Shown here piece by piece: positions 47,246-59,014 of a stretch of 64,000 bases of DNA. The stretch spans positions 1,508-65,507 of the forward strand of contig JBJEYS010000173.1 of NCBI GenBank assembly GCA_051886995.1. The letters are read 5' to 3'. This DNA comes from Oscillospiraceae bacterium. Its GTDB lineage: Bacteria; Bacillota; Clostridia; Oscillospirales; Oscillospiraceae. Under the pieces are notes generated by a model that saw only the letters and a list, made by a program, of their open reading frames with translations, did no database searches and was not told where the DNA came from. The position numbers and the translations under genes were made by a program. Within the stretch, counting starts at the first letter, position 1, and each line of letters starts with the position of its first letter.

Positions 47246-47428
47246 ATGGCTAATTTGAACATCAAGCTGGTCAAGAGCCTGAACGGCCGGCTCGTCAAGC
47301 ATAAGGCGACCGCCGAGGCCCTCGGCCTGCGTAAGATCGGCGATACCACCGTGCAGCCCGACAACGAGGCCACCCGGGGCAAGATCGCCCAGATCGGTTA
47401 CCTGCTCCAGGTGACCGAGGAACAGTGA
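47246..47428 (+). CDS. rpmD: 50S ribosomal protein L30
   Basis: 60 aa. ...[27 protein letters not shown]... Confidence 0.93.
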   Translation: MANLNIKLVKSLNGRLVKHKATAEALGLRKIGDTTVQPDNEATRGKIAQIGYLLQVTEEQ

Positions 47429-47441
47429 GGAGGTGCACACC

Positions 47442-47882
47442 ATGAATTTGCATGAACTCTCTCCCGCCCCCGGCTCCAACAAGAAGGCCTACCGCAAGGG
47501 GCGCGGCAACGGCTCCGGCAACGGCAAGACCGCCGGCCGCGGTCAGAAGGGCCAGTGGGCCCGTTCCGGCGGCGGTGTGCGCGTGGGCTTTGAGGGCGGT
47601 CAGATGCCCCTGGCCCGCCGTCTGCCCAAGCGCGGCTTCAACAATATCTTCGCAAAGCCTCTGGAGGCGATCAACGTCGCTTCCCTGAACAAATTTGAGG
47701 ACGGCGCCACCGTCAATGTCTGCGATCTGCTGGAAAAGGGTATCATTTCCAAGTGTGAGTATGGCGTGAAGGTCCTGGGTAACGGCGAGCTGACCAAGAA
47801 ACTGACTGTCCGTGCCTCCGCTTTTTCCGCCTCCGCCAAGGAAAAGATCGAAAAGGCAGGCGGAAAGGCTGAGGTGGTCTAA
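47442..47882 (+). CDS. rplO: 50S ribosomal protein L15
   Basis: ATG 47442 ([12 protein letters not shown]), 8 nt after GAGGAGG; the track starts at GTG 47433. Confidence 0.95.
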   Translation: MNLHELSPAPGSNKKAYRKGRGNGSGNGKTAGRGQKGQWARSGGGVRVGFEGGQMPLARRLPKRGFNNIFAKPLEAINVASLNKFEDGATVNVCDLLEKGIISKCEYGVKVLGNGELTKKLTVRASAFSASAKEKIEKAGGKAEVV

Positions 47883-49208
47883 GTGATACAGACCGTCCGC
47901 AACGCCTGGAAGATCCCCGAGCTCAAGCGCAAGATGCTCTTTGTCATCTTCGCCCTGCTCATCTTCCGCCTGGGCTCCGCGATCCCCGTGCCCTTCATCA
48001 ACGGCGAGATGCTGTCTTCTCAGCTGCATGCCGCTTCCGGCACGATCTTTGGCCTGATCAATGTCATGAGCGGCGACGCCTTCTCCCGGGCCACGGTGTT
48101 CGCCCTGTCCATCCAGCCCTATATCAACAGCTCGATTATTATCCAGCTGCTGACCGTGGCCATCCCCGCTCTGGAGCGGCTGGCCAAGGAGGGCGGCGAG
48201 GAAGGCCGCAAGAAGATCGCCGCCATTACCCGCTATGCGACCGTGCTCATCGCTCTGGTTCAGGCTTTCGGCTACTACACCCTGATCAAGAGCTATGGTA
48301 TGATCTCCATGCCCGAGGGATTCGGCGTGTGGGGCGCTATCGTCATCATCGCCTCCTTCACCGCCGGTTCCGCCTTCCTGATGTGGCTGGGTGAGCAGAT
48401 CACCGAGTTCGGCGTGGGCAACGGTATCTCCATCATCCTGTTCGCCGGCATCGTGTCCCGTGTGCCCTCCATGGTGCTCACTCTGTGGAACGGCGCCAAG
48501 GCGTCTCTGGGCATGAGCGTGGCTTCCTACTACTCCGCGATCCCTCTGTGGCTCATCCCCCTGCTCATCATCGGCATGCTGGCCATCGTCATGCTCATCG
48601 TCTTTGTTTCTGACGCGGAGCGCCGCATCCCCGTCCAGTACGCCAAGCGCGTGGTGGGCCGGAAGATGTACGGCGGCCAGTCCAGCCACATCCCCATGAA
48701 GGTGAATATGAGCGGCGTTATGCCCATCATCTTTGCCCAGTCCATCGCCTCCATTCCCGCCACCATCGGCATGTTTGTGCCGTCGGCGCAGACGGAGGGC
48801 AGCGGCTGGAACACCTTCCTGAAGATCTTTGACTCCAGCGGCGCGGTCTACTGCGTTGTCTACTTCCTGCTGATCCTCGGCTTCAGCTATTTCTACGCCA
48901 CCATCCAGTTCAACCCCATCGAGGTGGCCAATAACCTGAAGAAGAACGGCGGCTTCGTGCCCGGCTTCCGTCCCGGCAAGCCCACCGCCGACTTTATCAG
49001 CAAGGTTCTGAGCAAGATCACCCTGTTCGGCGCGATCTATCTGGCGGTCATCGCCATCGTGCCCATCGTCGTGACCGGCGCTATGGGTCTGTCCAACCTG
49101 TCCATCGGCGGCACCTCCGTCATCATCGTTGTCGGTGTTGCGCTGGAGACCGTCAAGCAGCTGGAAGCTCAGATGCTCATGCGCCACTACAAGGGCTTCC
49201 TTGAGTAA
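47883..49208 (+). CDS. secY: Preprotein translocase subunit SecY
   Basis: 441 aa. GTG start immediately after the rplO stop. ...[29 protein letters not shown]... Confidence 0.97.
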   Translation: MIQTVRNAWKIPELKRKMLFVIFALLIFRLGSAIPVPFINGEMLSSQLHAASGTIFGLINVMSGDAFSRATVFALSIQPYINSSIIIQLLTVAIPALERLAKEGGEEGRKKIAAITRYATVLIALVQAFGYYTLIKSYGMISMPEGFGVWGAIVIIASFTAGSAFLMWLGEQITEFGVGNGISIILFAGIVSRVPSMVLTLWNGAKASLGMSVASYYSAIPLWLIPLLIIGMLAIVMLIVFVSDAERRIPVQYAKRVVGRKMYGGQSSHIPMKVNMSGVMPIIFAQSIASIPATIGMFVPSAQTEGSGWNTFLKIFDSSGAVYCVVYFLLILGFSYFYATIQFNPIEVANNLKKNGGFVPGFRPGKPTADFISKVLSKITLFGAIYLAVIAIVPIVVTGAMGLSNLSIGGTSVIIVVGVALETVKQLEAQMLMRHYKGFLE

Positions 49209-49222
49209 TCGAGGTGAGTGGA

Positions 49223-49855
49223 ATGAAGCTGATCCTTTTGGGCGCCCCCGGCGCCGGAAAAGGCACGCAGGCTGACATCCTCAGCCAGCGCCTGAACATC
49301 CCCACCATTTCCACCGGCAACATCCTGCGCGCCGCCGTCAAGAACGGCACTCCCGTGGGCCTGAAGGCCAAGGAGTATATGGACGCGGGCAAGCTGGTTC
49401 CCGACGAGGTCATCATCGGCATCGTGGCTGAGCGCCTGGCCGAGCGCGACTGCGCCAACGGCTACATCCTGGACGGCGTGCCCCGCACCATCGCCCAGGC
49501 TGAGGCCCTGGAAGAGAAGGGTATCACCTTTGATACCGTGCTCTCCCTGGAGATCTCCGACGAGGAGATCATCGAGCGCATGAGCGGACGGCGCGCCTGC
49601 ACTGCCTGCGGCGCCACCTATCATGTGGTGTCTGCCCCTCCCAAGACCGAAGGCAAGTGCGACAAGTGCGGCGCCGACCTGGTCCTGCGGGACGACGACA
49701 AGCCGGAGACGGTCAAGAACCGCCTGACGGTCTACCACACCGAGACCGAGCCTCTGAAGGACTTCTATGCCAAGCGGGGCAATCTGAAATCGGTGGACAA
49801 TCAGCCCACCATCGAGGCCACCACCAAGGTGGTGCTCGAAGCACTGGGGATCTGA
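49223..49855 (+). CDS. adk: Adenylate kinase (zinc-lid form)
   Basis: ATG 49223 ([16 protein letters not shown]) behind GAGGTGAG; the track starts at GTG 49214. Lid CTACGATYH...CDKCG. Confidence 0.97.
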   Translation: MKLILLGAPGAGKGTQADILSQRLNIPTISTGNILRAAVKNGTPVGLKAKEYMDAGKLVPDEVIIGIVAERLAERDCANGYILDGVPRTIAQAEALEEKGITFDTVLSLEISDEEIIERMSGRRACTACGATYHVVSAPPKTEGKCDKCGADLVLRDDDKPETVKNRLTVYHTETEPLKDFYAKRGNLKSVDNQPTIEATTKVVLEALGI

Positions 49856-49859
49856 TTGT

Positions 49860-50639
49860 ATGGAAATGATTTCCCTGAAATCTCCGCGGGAGATTGAACA
49901 CATGCGCCGCGCCGGGCGGATTACCGCGGCGGCCCGTGCTTTGGCGGGCAAACTGGTGAAGCCCGGCGTCACAACCCTTGAAATAGACCACGCGGTGCGC
50001 AGGTTTATCGAGGAACAGGGAGCGACGCCCTCCTTTCTGGGCTATGCGGGTTATCCCGGCTCCGCCTGTATCTCGGTGAACGACGAAGTCATCCACGGCA
50101 TTCCGGGCCACCGGAGGCTGAAAGAGGGCGACATCGTCAGCGTGGATGTGGGAGCGTTCTTTGAAGGCTTCCACGGAGACTGCGCCGCGACCTTTCCCTG
50201 CGGAGAGGTCAGTCCGGAGGCCCTGCGTTTGATTCAGGTCACCCGCCAGAGCTTCTTTGAGGGCATCCAGTTTGCCCGCGCGGGCAAACGCGTGTCCGAC
50301 ATTTCCCGTGGTGTGCAGCAGTACGCCGAGGCCAACGGCTGTTCCCTGGTGCGGGACTATGTGGGCCACGGGGTGGGGCGCAAGCTCCATGAAGCCCCCG
50401 AGGTTCCCAACTTCTGCACCGAAGGACACCGGGCGAGCCCCCGGCTCCAGCCGGGTATGACCCTGGCTGTGGAGCCCATGGTCAATCTGGGCACCTGGGA
50501 AGTGCGGGTCCTGGAGGACGGCTGGACGGTGAAAACCGCCGACGGCGCCCTGGCGGCCCACTATGAAAACACCATTCTCATCACCGACGGCGAACCGGAG
50601 ATCCTCACCGCCTGCGAGGAAGATTCCCCATGGATCTGA
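49860..50639 (+). CDS. map: Type I methionine aminopeptidase
   Basis: 259 aa. ...LKSPREIEHMRRAGRI...VGHGVGRKLHEAPEVPNF... Confidence 0.95.
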   Translation: MEMISLKSPREIEHMRRAGRITAAARALAGKLVKPGVTTLEIDHAVRRFIEEQGATPSFLGYAGYPGSACISVNDEVIHGIPGHRRLKEGDIVSVDVGAFFEGFHGDCAATFPCGEVSPEALRLIQVTRQSFFEGIQFARAGKRVSDISRGVQQYAEANGCSLVRDYVGHGVGRKLHEAPEVPNFCTEGHRASPRLQPGMTLAVEPMVNLGTWEVRVLEDGWTVKTADGALAAHYENTILITDGEPEILTACEEDSPWI

Positions 50640-50920
50640 AGCGAGGAGACGTGGTTCGTTCCCTGGCCGGGCATGACAAAGGCGCACTGTTCTGTGTCGT
50701 GGACACGGAGGGCGACTTTCTCCTGCTGGCCGACGGGAAAGAGCGCAAGCTCAATTCCCCCAAACGCAAGCGCCGCAAACACGCGCAGCGGGCGGGGTTG
50801 TCAGACCATCCGGTCCTCCTCCGCCTGCGTGCGGGGGAGCCGGTGGGCGACAGTGAAGTACGGAGGGCGCTGGCCGCTTTCCGAGACGAGCGAAATCAAC
50901 AGCAGTCAAGGAGGGAATGA
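50630..50920 (+). CDS. KOW domain-containing RNA-binding protein (conserved map-infA neighbour in clostridia)
   Basis: 96 aa. Overlaps the map stop by 10 nt. [24 protein letters not shown] is KOW-like. Confidence 0.75.
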   Translation: MDLKRGDVVRSLAGHDKGALFCVVDTEGDFLLLADGKERKLNSPKRKRRKHAQRAGLSDHPVLLRLRAGEPVGDSEVRRALAAFRDERNQQQSRRE

Positions 50921-50924
50921 CGCT

Positions 50925-51143
50925 TTGGCAAAGGACGATATGATCGAGTTGGAGGGCGTCGTAACCGAGGCCCTGCCCAACACCACGTTCCACGTGGATA
51001 TCGGCAATGGACACATTATTCTGGCCCATATCTCCGGCAAGCTGCGGATGAACTTCATCCGCATCCTGCCCGGCGACAAGGTCACCGTTCAAATGTCTCC
51101 GTACGACCTGACCCGCGGTCGGATCACCTGGAGAAGCAAGTAA
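50925..51143 (+). CDS. infA: Translation initiation factor IF-1
   Basis: TTG start at 50925, 9 nt after AAGGAGGG. (M)[71 protein letters not shown]. It lies inside the longer track ORF 50673..51143. Confidence 0.93.
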   Translation: MAKDDMIELEGVVTEALPNTTFHVDIGNGHIILAHISGKLRMNFIRILPGDKVTVQMSPYDLTRGRITWRSK

Positions 51144-51197
51144 ATTTAAATCATCGCGCAAACGTTAGGCCCAACGGCTAACAGGAGGTATATTCAC

Positions 51198-51311
51198 ATG
51201 AAAGTCAGACCGTCTGTCAAGCCCATGTGCGAGAAGTGCAAGATCATCAAGCGCAAGGGCAAAGTTATGGTTATTTGCGAGAACCCCAAGCACAAGCAGA
51301 GACAAGGTTAA
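51198..51311 (+). CDS. rpmJ: 50S ribosomal protein L36 (zinc form)
   Basis: Not in the track (<60 aa). ATG 51198 behind [43 protein letters not shown]. Confidence 0.95.
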   Translation: MKVRPSVKPMCEKCKIIKRKGKVMVICENPKHKQRQG

Positions 51312-51329
51312 AGGAGGGGCAACGAAAGT

Positions 51330-51698
51330 ATGGCACGTATTGCCGGCATTGACCTGCCGAAGAATAAGCGGGTGGAGATCGGTCTCACCTACATCTACGG
51401 CATTGGGCGCACCAGCGCCAACAAGATCCTGGCTGAGGCCGGGATCAACCCCGACACCCGGGTCAAGGATCTCACCGAGGCTGACGAAGCCAAGCTGCGT
51501 GAGATCATCGGCCAGAGCTACACCGTGGAGGGCGACCTGCGCCGCGATGTGGCGCTGGACATTAAGCGCCTGACGGAGATCGGCTGCTACCGCGGCACCC
51601 GTCACCGCAAGAATCTGCCCGTCCGCGGACAGCGCTCCAAGACCAACGCTCGTACCCGCAAGGGTCCCAAGCGCACCGTCGCCAATAAGAAGAAGTAA
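51330..51698 (+). CDS. rpsM: 30S ribosomal protein S13
   Basis: 122 aa. [26 protein letters not shown]... Confidence 0.97.
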   Translation: MARIAGIDLPKNKRVEIGLTYIYGIGRTSANKILAEAGINPDTRVKDLTEADEAKLREIIGQSYTVEGDLRRDVALDIKRLTEIGCYRGTRHRKNLPVRGQRSKTNARTRKGPKRTVANKKK

Positions 51699-51712
51699 GG
51701 AGGGATATACAA

Positions 51713-52117
51713 ATGGCTACTGCTGCTAAGGGCAAGAAAGTTGTCCGCAAGCGCCGCGAGCGCAAGAACATTGAGAAGGGCCAGGTGCATATCCGCTCTT
51801 CCTTCAACAACACCATGGTCACCGTGACCGATATGGGCGGCAACGCCCTGTCCTGGGCCTCCTCCGGCGGCCTGGGCTTCCGCGGTTCCCGGAAATCCAC
51901 TCCCTTTGCCGCGCAGACCGCTGCTGAGACTGCCGCCAAGGCTGCCATGGAGCAGTGCGGTTTGAAGACCGTCGAGGTCTACGTGAAGGGCCCCGGTTCC
52001 GGTCGTGAGGCCGCCATCCGTGCGCTGCAGGCTGTCGGCCTGGAGGTCACCCTGATCAAGGACGTGACCCCCATCCCCCACAACGGCTGCCGTCCGCCCA
52101 AGCGCCGCCGCGTGTAA
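51713..52117 (+). CDS. rpsK: 30S ribosomal protein S11
   Basis: 134 aa. ...[30 protein letters not shown]... Confidence 0.97.
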   Translation: MATAAKGKKVVRKRRERKNIEKGQVHIRSSFNNTMVTVTDMGGNALSWASSGGLGFRGSRKSTPFAAQTAAETAAKAAMEQCGLKTVEVYVKGPGSGREAAIRALQAVGLEVTLIKDVTPIPHNGCRPPKRRRV

Positions 52118-52138
52118 GAGTAAGGAGGAGAAAGCATT

Positions 52139-52750
52139 ATGGCTAAGAATATGCAGCCCATCGTGAAGCGCTGCCGCGCGTTGGGAATTTCTCCCGCTGT
52201 CATGGGCTATACCGGAAGCAGCAAGAGCGAGTCCATTCGCAACCCCGGCGCTCAGCGCCGCGGCAAGAAGAGTGAGTACGCTCTGCAGCTGGCTGAGAAG
52301 CAGAAGGTCAAGTTCGTCTATGGCATTCTGGAGAAGCAGTTCCACATGTACTATGAGAAGGCCTCCCGCATGCCCGGTAAGACCGGCGAGAACCTGCTGG
52401 TCCTCGTGGAGCGCCGCATGGATAACGTGGTTTATCGTCTGGGCTTTGCCAACACCCGCCGCGAGGCCCGTCAGCTGGTCAGCCACAGCCACTTCACCGT
52501 CAACGGTAAGCGGATGAACATCCCCTCCTACCTGGTGAAGGCCGGCGATGTGATCGAGGTCAAGGAGTCCAGCCGTTCCACCACCCGCTTCAAGGCCCTG
52601 ACCGGGGAGGACGCGCCCAAGGTGCTGGTCCCCGAGTGGCTGGAGCGTGAGAAGAACGCCCTGAAGGGCACCGTGACCCGCCTGCCCGTCCGCGCGGACG
52701 TGGATGTGCCTGTCGAGGAGCACCTGATCGTCGAGCTGTACTCCAAGTAA
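52139..52750 (+). CDS. rpsD: 30S ribosomal protein S4
   Basis: 203 aa. ...EYALQLAEKQKVKFVYGILEKQF...RLDNVVYRLGFA... Confidence 0.97.
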   Translation: MAKNMQPIVKRCRALGISPAVMGYTGSSKSESIRNPGAQRRGKKSEYALQLAEKQKVKFVYGILEKQFHMYYEKASRMPGKTGENLLVLVERRMDNVVYRLGFANTRREARQLVSHSHFTVNGKRMNIPSYLVKAGDVIEVKESSRSTTRFKALTGEDAPKVLVPEWLEREKNALKGTVTRLPVRADVDVPVEEHLIVELYSK

Positions 52751-52829
52751 GACAGCAACCCTCGGTAGTTTGATTTTAATCCAAGGCGGGAGGACGCTCC
52801 CGCCGACGCAAAAAGGAGGGTAACACGAT

Positions 52830-53777
52830 ATGGTAGAAATCGAGAAACCGCGCATTGAATGCATGGAAAACCTCGGTGACGACTCCTACGGCAAGTACGT
52901 GGTCGAGCCCCTGGAGCGTGGCTACGGTACCACGCTGGGCAACGCCCTGCGCCGCATCCTGCTCTCGTCTCTGCCCGGTACCGCGGTCACGTCCATCAAG
53001 ATCGCCGGCGTTCAGCATGAGTTCTCCACCATCCCCGGGGTGAAGGAGGACGTGACGGAGATCGTCCTGAATGTGAAGGGCATCATCGCCAAGCTGCACA
53101 GCGAGGGCGTGAAGACCGTTTATATCGAGATGAACGGCGAGGGCGAGGTCACCGCCGGCGATATCAAGGCCGACGGCGAGGTCGAGGTGCTCAACCCCGA
53201 GCATCATATTGCCACGCTGGGTCCTGACGCCAGCCTGAACATGGAACTGACCCTGTCCCATGGCCGCGGCTATGTGACGGCGGACCGGAACAAGCCGGCC
53301 CAGTCCATCATCGGCGTCATCCCCGTGGATTCCATTTATACCCCGGTCAAGAAGGTCAACTATACCGTGGAGAATACCCGCGTGGGAGACCTGACTGACT
53401 ATGACCGGCTGACTCTGGAGGTGTGGACCAACGGGACCATCTCCGCGCGGGATGCGGTCAGCCTGGGCGCCCGGATCCTGGTGGATCACTTTGTCCTGTT
53501 CACCGACCTGTCCGAGACCATGGGCTCCAAGTCCACGGTGGTGGAGAAGGCCGAGACCCAGCGGGACAAGGTGCTGGAACTGACCATCGAGGAACTGGAT
53601 CTGTCCGTGCGTTCCTTCAACTGCCTCAAGCGGGCCAACATCAACACGGTGGAGGATCTGATCTCCAAGACCGAGGAGGAAATGATGAAGGTGCGCAATC
53701 TGGGCCGCAAGAGCCTGGAAGAGGTCATCAATAAGCTGGCGATGATGGGCCTGACCCTGGCCAGCGACGACAACTAA
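52830..53777 (+). CDS. rpoA: DNA-directed RNA polymerase subunit alpha
   Basis: 315 aa. ...[30 protein letters not shown]... and C-terminal domain [23 protein letters not shown]. Confidence 0.97.
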   Translation: MVEIEKPRIECMENLGDDSYGKYVVEPLERGYGTTLGNALRRILLSSLPGTAVTSIKIAGVQHEFSTIPGVKEDVTEIVLNVKGIIAKLHSEGVKTVYIEMNGEGEVTAGDIKADGEVEVLNPEHHIATLGPDASLNMELTLSHGRGYVTADRNKPAQSIIGVIPVDSIYTPVKKVNYTVENTRVGDLTDYDRLTLEVWTNGTISARDAVSLGARILVDHFVLFTDLSETMGSKSTVVEKAETQRDKVLELTIEELDLSVRSFNCLKRANINTVEDLISKTEEEMMKVRNLGRKSLEEVINKLAMMGLTLASDDN

Positions 53778-53977
53778 AAGTAGGGGAAACCCTAATTCAA
53801 TCGGATGACGGGATCTGACCGGCTAATTTTCCGTCATATGCACCCAAAATGCTCGACAATACACGAAGTATTCTCTGCGCTTTTGGGCACATTTGGCGAA
53901 AAATTTTCTCGGCCATCTCTCCGCCCTCGACCAAATCAGTGTTTCCAAGGATTCCCCTGTAAAAAGGAGTGAGTAAC

Positions 53978-54319
53978 ATGTCCGGTAATCGCAAGCTTGG
54001 CAAGCCCACTGACCAGCGTATGGCCATGATGCGCGCCATGGTGACCTATCTGCTGGAGAACGGGCAGATCAAGACCACCGTTTCCCGTGCCAAGGAAGTG
54101 GCTCCCGTGGCCGAGAAGATGATCTCCCTGGCCAAGAAGAACGACCTGGCCTCCTACCGTCAGGCCCTGGCCTTCATCACCAAGGAAGACGTGGCCAAGA
54201 AGCTCTTTGATGAGATCGGCCCCAAGTATGAGTCCCGCAACGGCGGCTACACCCGCATTGTGCGCATTGGCCCCCGCCGCGGCGACGCGGCCGAGATGGC
54301 TTTCATCGAGCTGGTGTAA
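53978..54319 (+). CDS. rplQ: 50S ribosomal protein L17
   Basis: ATG 53978 ([21 protein letters not shown]) behind AAAGGAG; the track starts at GTG 53969. Confidence 0.95.
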   Translation: MSGNRKLGKPTDQRMAMMRAMVTYLLENGQIKTTVSRAKEVAPVAEKMISLAKKNDLASYRQALAFITKEDVAKKLFDEIGPKYESRNGGYTRIVRIGPRRGDAAEMAFIELV

Positions 54320-54329
54320 TTCAACACAA

Positions 54330-54371
54330 AAAACACTCTGTCCCGTTTGTGCGGAACAGAGTGTTTTTTTG
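54330..54371. terminator. Bidirectional intrinsic terminator (end of the alpha operon / end of the sigma-fusion gene)
   Basis: AAAAAACACTCTGT-n14-ACAGAGTGTTTTTTT. Confidence 0.8.
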
Positions 54372-54392
54372 TTTACGGGGAAGGCTCCCCGG

Positions 54393-56084
54393 TCATTTTT
54401 CGATCAGAAACAGTGTGCCGGAGTCGCTTTCCAGAACTTCGATTGCCGCCTGGGGAAAAGTCTGCCGCAGGATCGCTTCCTCCACGGGATATGTGGTCGA
54501 TTCCACGCAGATCATCAAAAAGTCCCCGCCAAAATACGGAAGATCCGAGAGGTCATACACCGGGACAGTGCCCTCGGCCTGGACGGCGTTTGATAATTGG
54601 TAGGATGTCGTCACATCCGCGGCGAGCGACGCGCTCGCGAAGAGTGTGATATCTTCCATGGAGGGAAGACACATACCGCTTCCTGTGAAGCAGACAAGAT
54701 CCACCGCGGACAGGGCGGCTGCCGGGACGGACTGTCCGACCGGAATGTTCAGCAAAATACGCATATTGGTTTCCATGCCGGCGTCGGAAAAATGTACACC
54801 TGCCGGCTCCGATTCGCCCTGCCCCGCATTGTCCGGCATTTCAAGCTTCGGATAATCCGGGAGATCGCGCCCATCGTGGTAAGTGAACCTTATGTAGGGG
54901 AATTCCTCCAGCAGAGCGGCTTCATCCACGGGATAGGTGGGATCAACAATGCTGACCAGCAGATAGGACCCGTCACCGAAGTAGCGCAGGTCGGAGAACT
55001 CATAGACAGGCGTGGTGCCGTTCACGGGAGAAATGGTCCCGTTGCCCTGCCAGGTATTCTGGTAGAAAAGATTCATGCCATCGCCGATAAACCCGACCTG
55101 ATACACGTGGGAAAGGGTCTCAACGGGGATGGGCTGGTCCTGTGGAATGTCCAGCAGGATGTGCAGGTTGCGCTCCATGTCGGCGTCCGCAAATTCCGCG
55201 TACTGCGATTGCGCTGCGGGGGGAGGGCCTTCCCGCAGACTGGTATAGACGGCGGTCCCGCCGCCGACCAGGACAGCGGCGGCTGCCACGCCTGCAACGA
55301 TCTTTGTCTTGAGGGCGACTGCAATGCCGGCCTTCGCGGCTCCGGCGGCCGAGGTGCCCGCCGCACCTGCACCGGCTGTACCCGCCCCGGCAGCGCCAGC
55401 ACCCGCGCCCGCCGCGGCCGCGGCAGCGCCGCCCAAGGCCGGGATGGTAATGCCCAGCGACAGGGCCTGAAAATCTGCCGCAAAAAGAAGACCGATGGGC
55501 AGCAGGCTGTGCAGGCGGATCCCATCGCGCTCTTCGGTGCGCAGGATGCCCTCCCTGAGCTTCTGCCGCGCATAGTTCAGACGGCTTTTCACCGTGCCCT
55601 CGGAGCAGTTCAGGGTTTTGGCAATCTGCGGGACGCTCATCTGGGAGTAGTAGAACAGATAGACACACTCCCGCTGAGCCTCGGGCAGGGCGTCGATCAT
55701 CGCCAGGAGCATGCGGCGCTGCTCGGCGTTTTCCAGGGCCGCTTCGGGAAGAAACGCCTCGTCGGGGTCGGCCATATCGTCCAAGAGTGTGTTTCCATCC
55801 TCGTCCTCAGGCAGGTCGGCAAAGCGGGATCCTTTGCGCAGAATGTTCCGGCATTTGTTGGCGGTGATCTGAAACAGCCAGCCTTCAAACGCGTTTGGAT
55901 TCTCCAGCCCGGCCAGAGCGCCGAAAGCGGAAAGAAAGGTCTCCTGGGCCGCGTCTTCAGCGTCCTCCGGATTTTTGGTCAGCCGCAGGGCCAGATAATA
56001 GACCCGCTTATACATTTTTTCATAGAGCTGGGCCAGCGCGTCGCTGTCGCCGGCCTGCGCTTTGCAGATCAGTTCAGGATCCAT
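54393..56084 (-). CDS. ECF-type sigma-70 factor fused to a low-complexity/TM segment and a duplicated extracytoplasmic domain
   Basis: 563 aa. Region 2 (LYEKMYKRVYYLALRLT...AEDAAQETFLSAF) and region 4 (QRECVYLFYYSQMSVPQIAKTLNCSEGTVKSRLNYARQKL) lie in aa 1-190. An A/G-rich tract and a TM helix (IVAGVAAAAVLVGGGTAVY) follow. Then come two homologous units of about 120 aa (FADADMERNLHILLDIPQDQPIP... / FSDAGMETNMRILLNIPVGQSVP...). Confidence 0.8.
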   Translation of the reverse strand: MDPELICKAQAGDSDALAQLYEKMYKRVYYLALRLTKNPEDAEDAAQETFLSAFGALAGLENPNAFEGWLFQITANKCRNILRKGSRFADLPEDEDGNTLLDDMADPDEAFLPEAALENAEQRRMLLAMIDALPEAQRECVYLFYYSQMSVPQIAKTLNCSEGTVKSRLNYARQKLREGILRTEERDGIRLHSLLPIGLLFAADFQALSLGITIPALGGAAAAAAGAGAGAAGAGTAGAGAAGTSAAGAAKAGIAVALKTKIVAGVAAAAVLVGGGTAVYTSLREGPPPAAQSQYAEFADADMERNLHILLDIPQDQPIPVETLSHVYQVGFIGDGMNLFYQNTWQGNGTISPVNGTTPVYEFSDLRYFGDGSYLLVSIVDPTYPVDEAALLEEFPYIRFTYHDGRDLPDYPKLEMPDNAGQGESEPAGVHFSDAGMETNMRILLNIPVGQSVPAAALSAVDLVCFTGSGMCLPSMEDITLFASASLAADVTTSYQLSNAVQAEGTVPVYDLSDLPYFGGDFLMICVESTTYPVEEAILRQTFPQAAIEVLESDSGTLFLIEK

Positions 56085-56155
56085 GTCATCACTCTTTTGG
56101 CGTTTTCAGTTTCTTTTCATCATCTTAACAAAAAACATAGGATTCTACAAGAAAA

Positions 56156-56175
56156 AAACTTTTTTGAAAAAGTTT
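56156..56175. promoter_or_regulatory. AT-rich perfect palindrome AAACTTTTT-tg-AAAAAGTTT in the divergent sigma / membrane-protein intergenic region
   Basis: 9-bp arms, 2-nt spacer, about 70 bp upstream of the sigma-fusion start. Confidence 0.35.
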
Positions 56176-56433
56176 CAAAAAAATAAAACCAAAGGAGGTG
56201 CTGGTGAGTCTTACTGGACGTGAACGGAAGAGTTCACCCGCCGGGAACGCGGAGAGGACGGGGCGCAAGCAAGCCTGGGCCCATCTGCCCGCGGCAGAGG
56301 GTCAACCATCGATCATGCTTCTGCACTCCGCGTTTTCGGGCGGAACATATGCGGGAAAGCATTCTGTTTGAACCAATGGAAAAACAGTGCAATTACCCCA
56401 AAAGAAAAAGTAAAGAAAAGAGAGGGAACGAAC

Positions 56434-57171
56434 ATGAACGGAATGGTCGAAATGTTTACACAGGCAAATGGGGCGTTCAACGCAACGGCAAACGGTATTT
56501 TTGCAGTGATCTCCCTGGTCATCGCTGTGGTAGGGCTGCTGCAGTGCTTCTTTGGCTACAAGCTGATGCGGATTTACTTCGCGATTTGCGGTTTCATCCT
56601 GGGCTTTTTTGCCGCCGGCTGTATCAGTGCCGCCGCTTTGAAATCGGTAGGTGCCAGCATTTTCTTTGCGGTGATCGGCGGTGTGTTGGGAGCTCTGCTG
56701 CTGTTTAAGGTCTATCAGATCGGCGTATTCATCCTGAACGGAACGCTGGCCTTTGCGCTGGTCGTCCTGCTTCTGGGCCTGGACAGCAATGTATCCCTTG
56801 TGATCGGCGGTGTGTGCGCGGTGATCGTGGGCATTGTGTCCGTCATCATGGTCCGCGTCTGGACCATCCTGTCCACCGGCGCCACCGGCGGAATTCTGGC
56901 AGGATTTGCCGTGTCGGGGCTGTTGGGTCAGGGCAGGATCGTGGGGATCCTGATCGGCCTGGTCCTGGCAGTCCTGGGCATCCTGTTTCAGTTCAAGTCC
57001 ACGAAGAAGGCCGCCCCTGCCGCTTCTGTGACTCCTGCTGCTCCTGTAGCCCCCGCGGCTCCTGTGGCCCCCGCAGCCCCCGCGGCTGAACCCGTCAAGG
57101 CGGAAGAACCCATTTGCGCAGCGGAAGAAGCCCCTGCCGCCCCGGCTGCCGGGTCTGACAAGGCGGAGTGA
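56434..57171 (+). CDS. Multi-pass membrane protein (DUF4203-like) with a Pro/Ala-rich C-terminal tail
   Basis: Start at ATG 56434 (MNGMVEMF) behind GAGAGGGA; the track ORF begins at 56368. About 7 TM segments. Tail PAAPVAPAAPVAPAAPAAEP. Confidence 0.65.
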   Translation: MNGMVEMFTQANGAFNATANGIFAVISLVIAVVGLLQCFFGYKLMRIYFAICGFILGFFAAGCISAAALKSVGASIFFAVIGGVLGALLLFKVYQIGVFILNGTLAFALVVLLLGLDSNVSLVIGGVCAVIVGIVSVIMVRVWTILSTGATGGILAGFAVSGLLGQGRIVGILIGLVLAVLGILFQFKSTKKAAPAASVTPAAPVAPAAPVAPAAPAAEPVKAEEPICAAEEAPAAPAAGSDKAE

Positions 57172-57285
57172 CCCGCCCTGGAACCTGTGGCTGCTGAGAC
57201 GAAACAGGCTCCACCCAAAGCGGATGTCCTGATAGAAAAGACAGGCAGGGCAGACCCTGCGCAAAAGAAAACACATGGATTCACG

Positions 57286-57328
57286 GGGAAGGAGAATCGG
57301 CTCGATTCTCCTTCCCTGAAATGTTTTT
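57286..57328 (+). terminator. Intrinsic terminator downstream of the membrane protein gene
   Basis: GGGAAGGAGAATCG-gct-CGATTCTCCTTCCC, then TGAAATGTTTTT. Confidence 0.6.
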
Positions 57329-57347
57329 CGGTTCTTTGTGCGTTTAA

Positions 57348-58955
<1,608 letters not shown>

Positions 58956-59014
58956 AAAATCAATGAGACAGAATATAATTTGCGCCGCATATGGCGGCGG
59001 AACGGAGGATCGCA

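Noticed and set aside
53797-54039. 80-aa minus-strand ORF in the rpoA-rplQ spacer
   Set aside because: It overlaps the rplQ start codon and RBS in antisense and has no RBS of its own.
54597-56186. 529-aa plus-strand ORF, and minus-strand ORFs 57939-59027, 58814-60079, 60629-62044, 62302-63339
   Set aside because: These lie antisense to the sigma-fusion, glpK, FAD-protein, mnmE and ABC genes respectively, all of which have diagnostic motifs.
56204-56371. 55-codon GTG ORF behind a consensus AAAGGAGG
   Set aside because: The RBS is good, but the spacing is short (5 nt), the start is GTG and the product is an Arg/Gly/Ala-rich peptide with no features. I kept it as a question in a finding and did not call it a gene.
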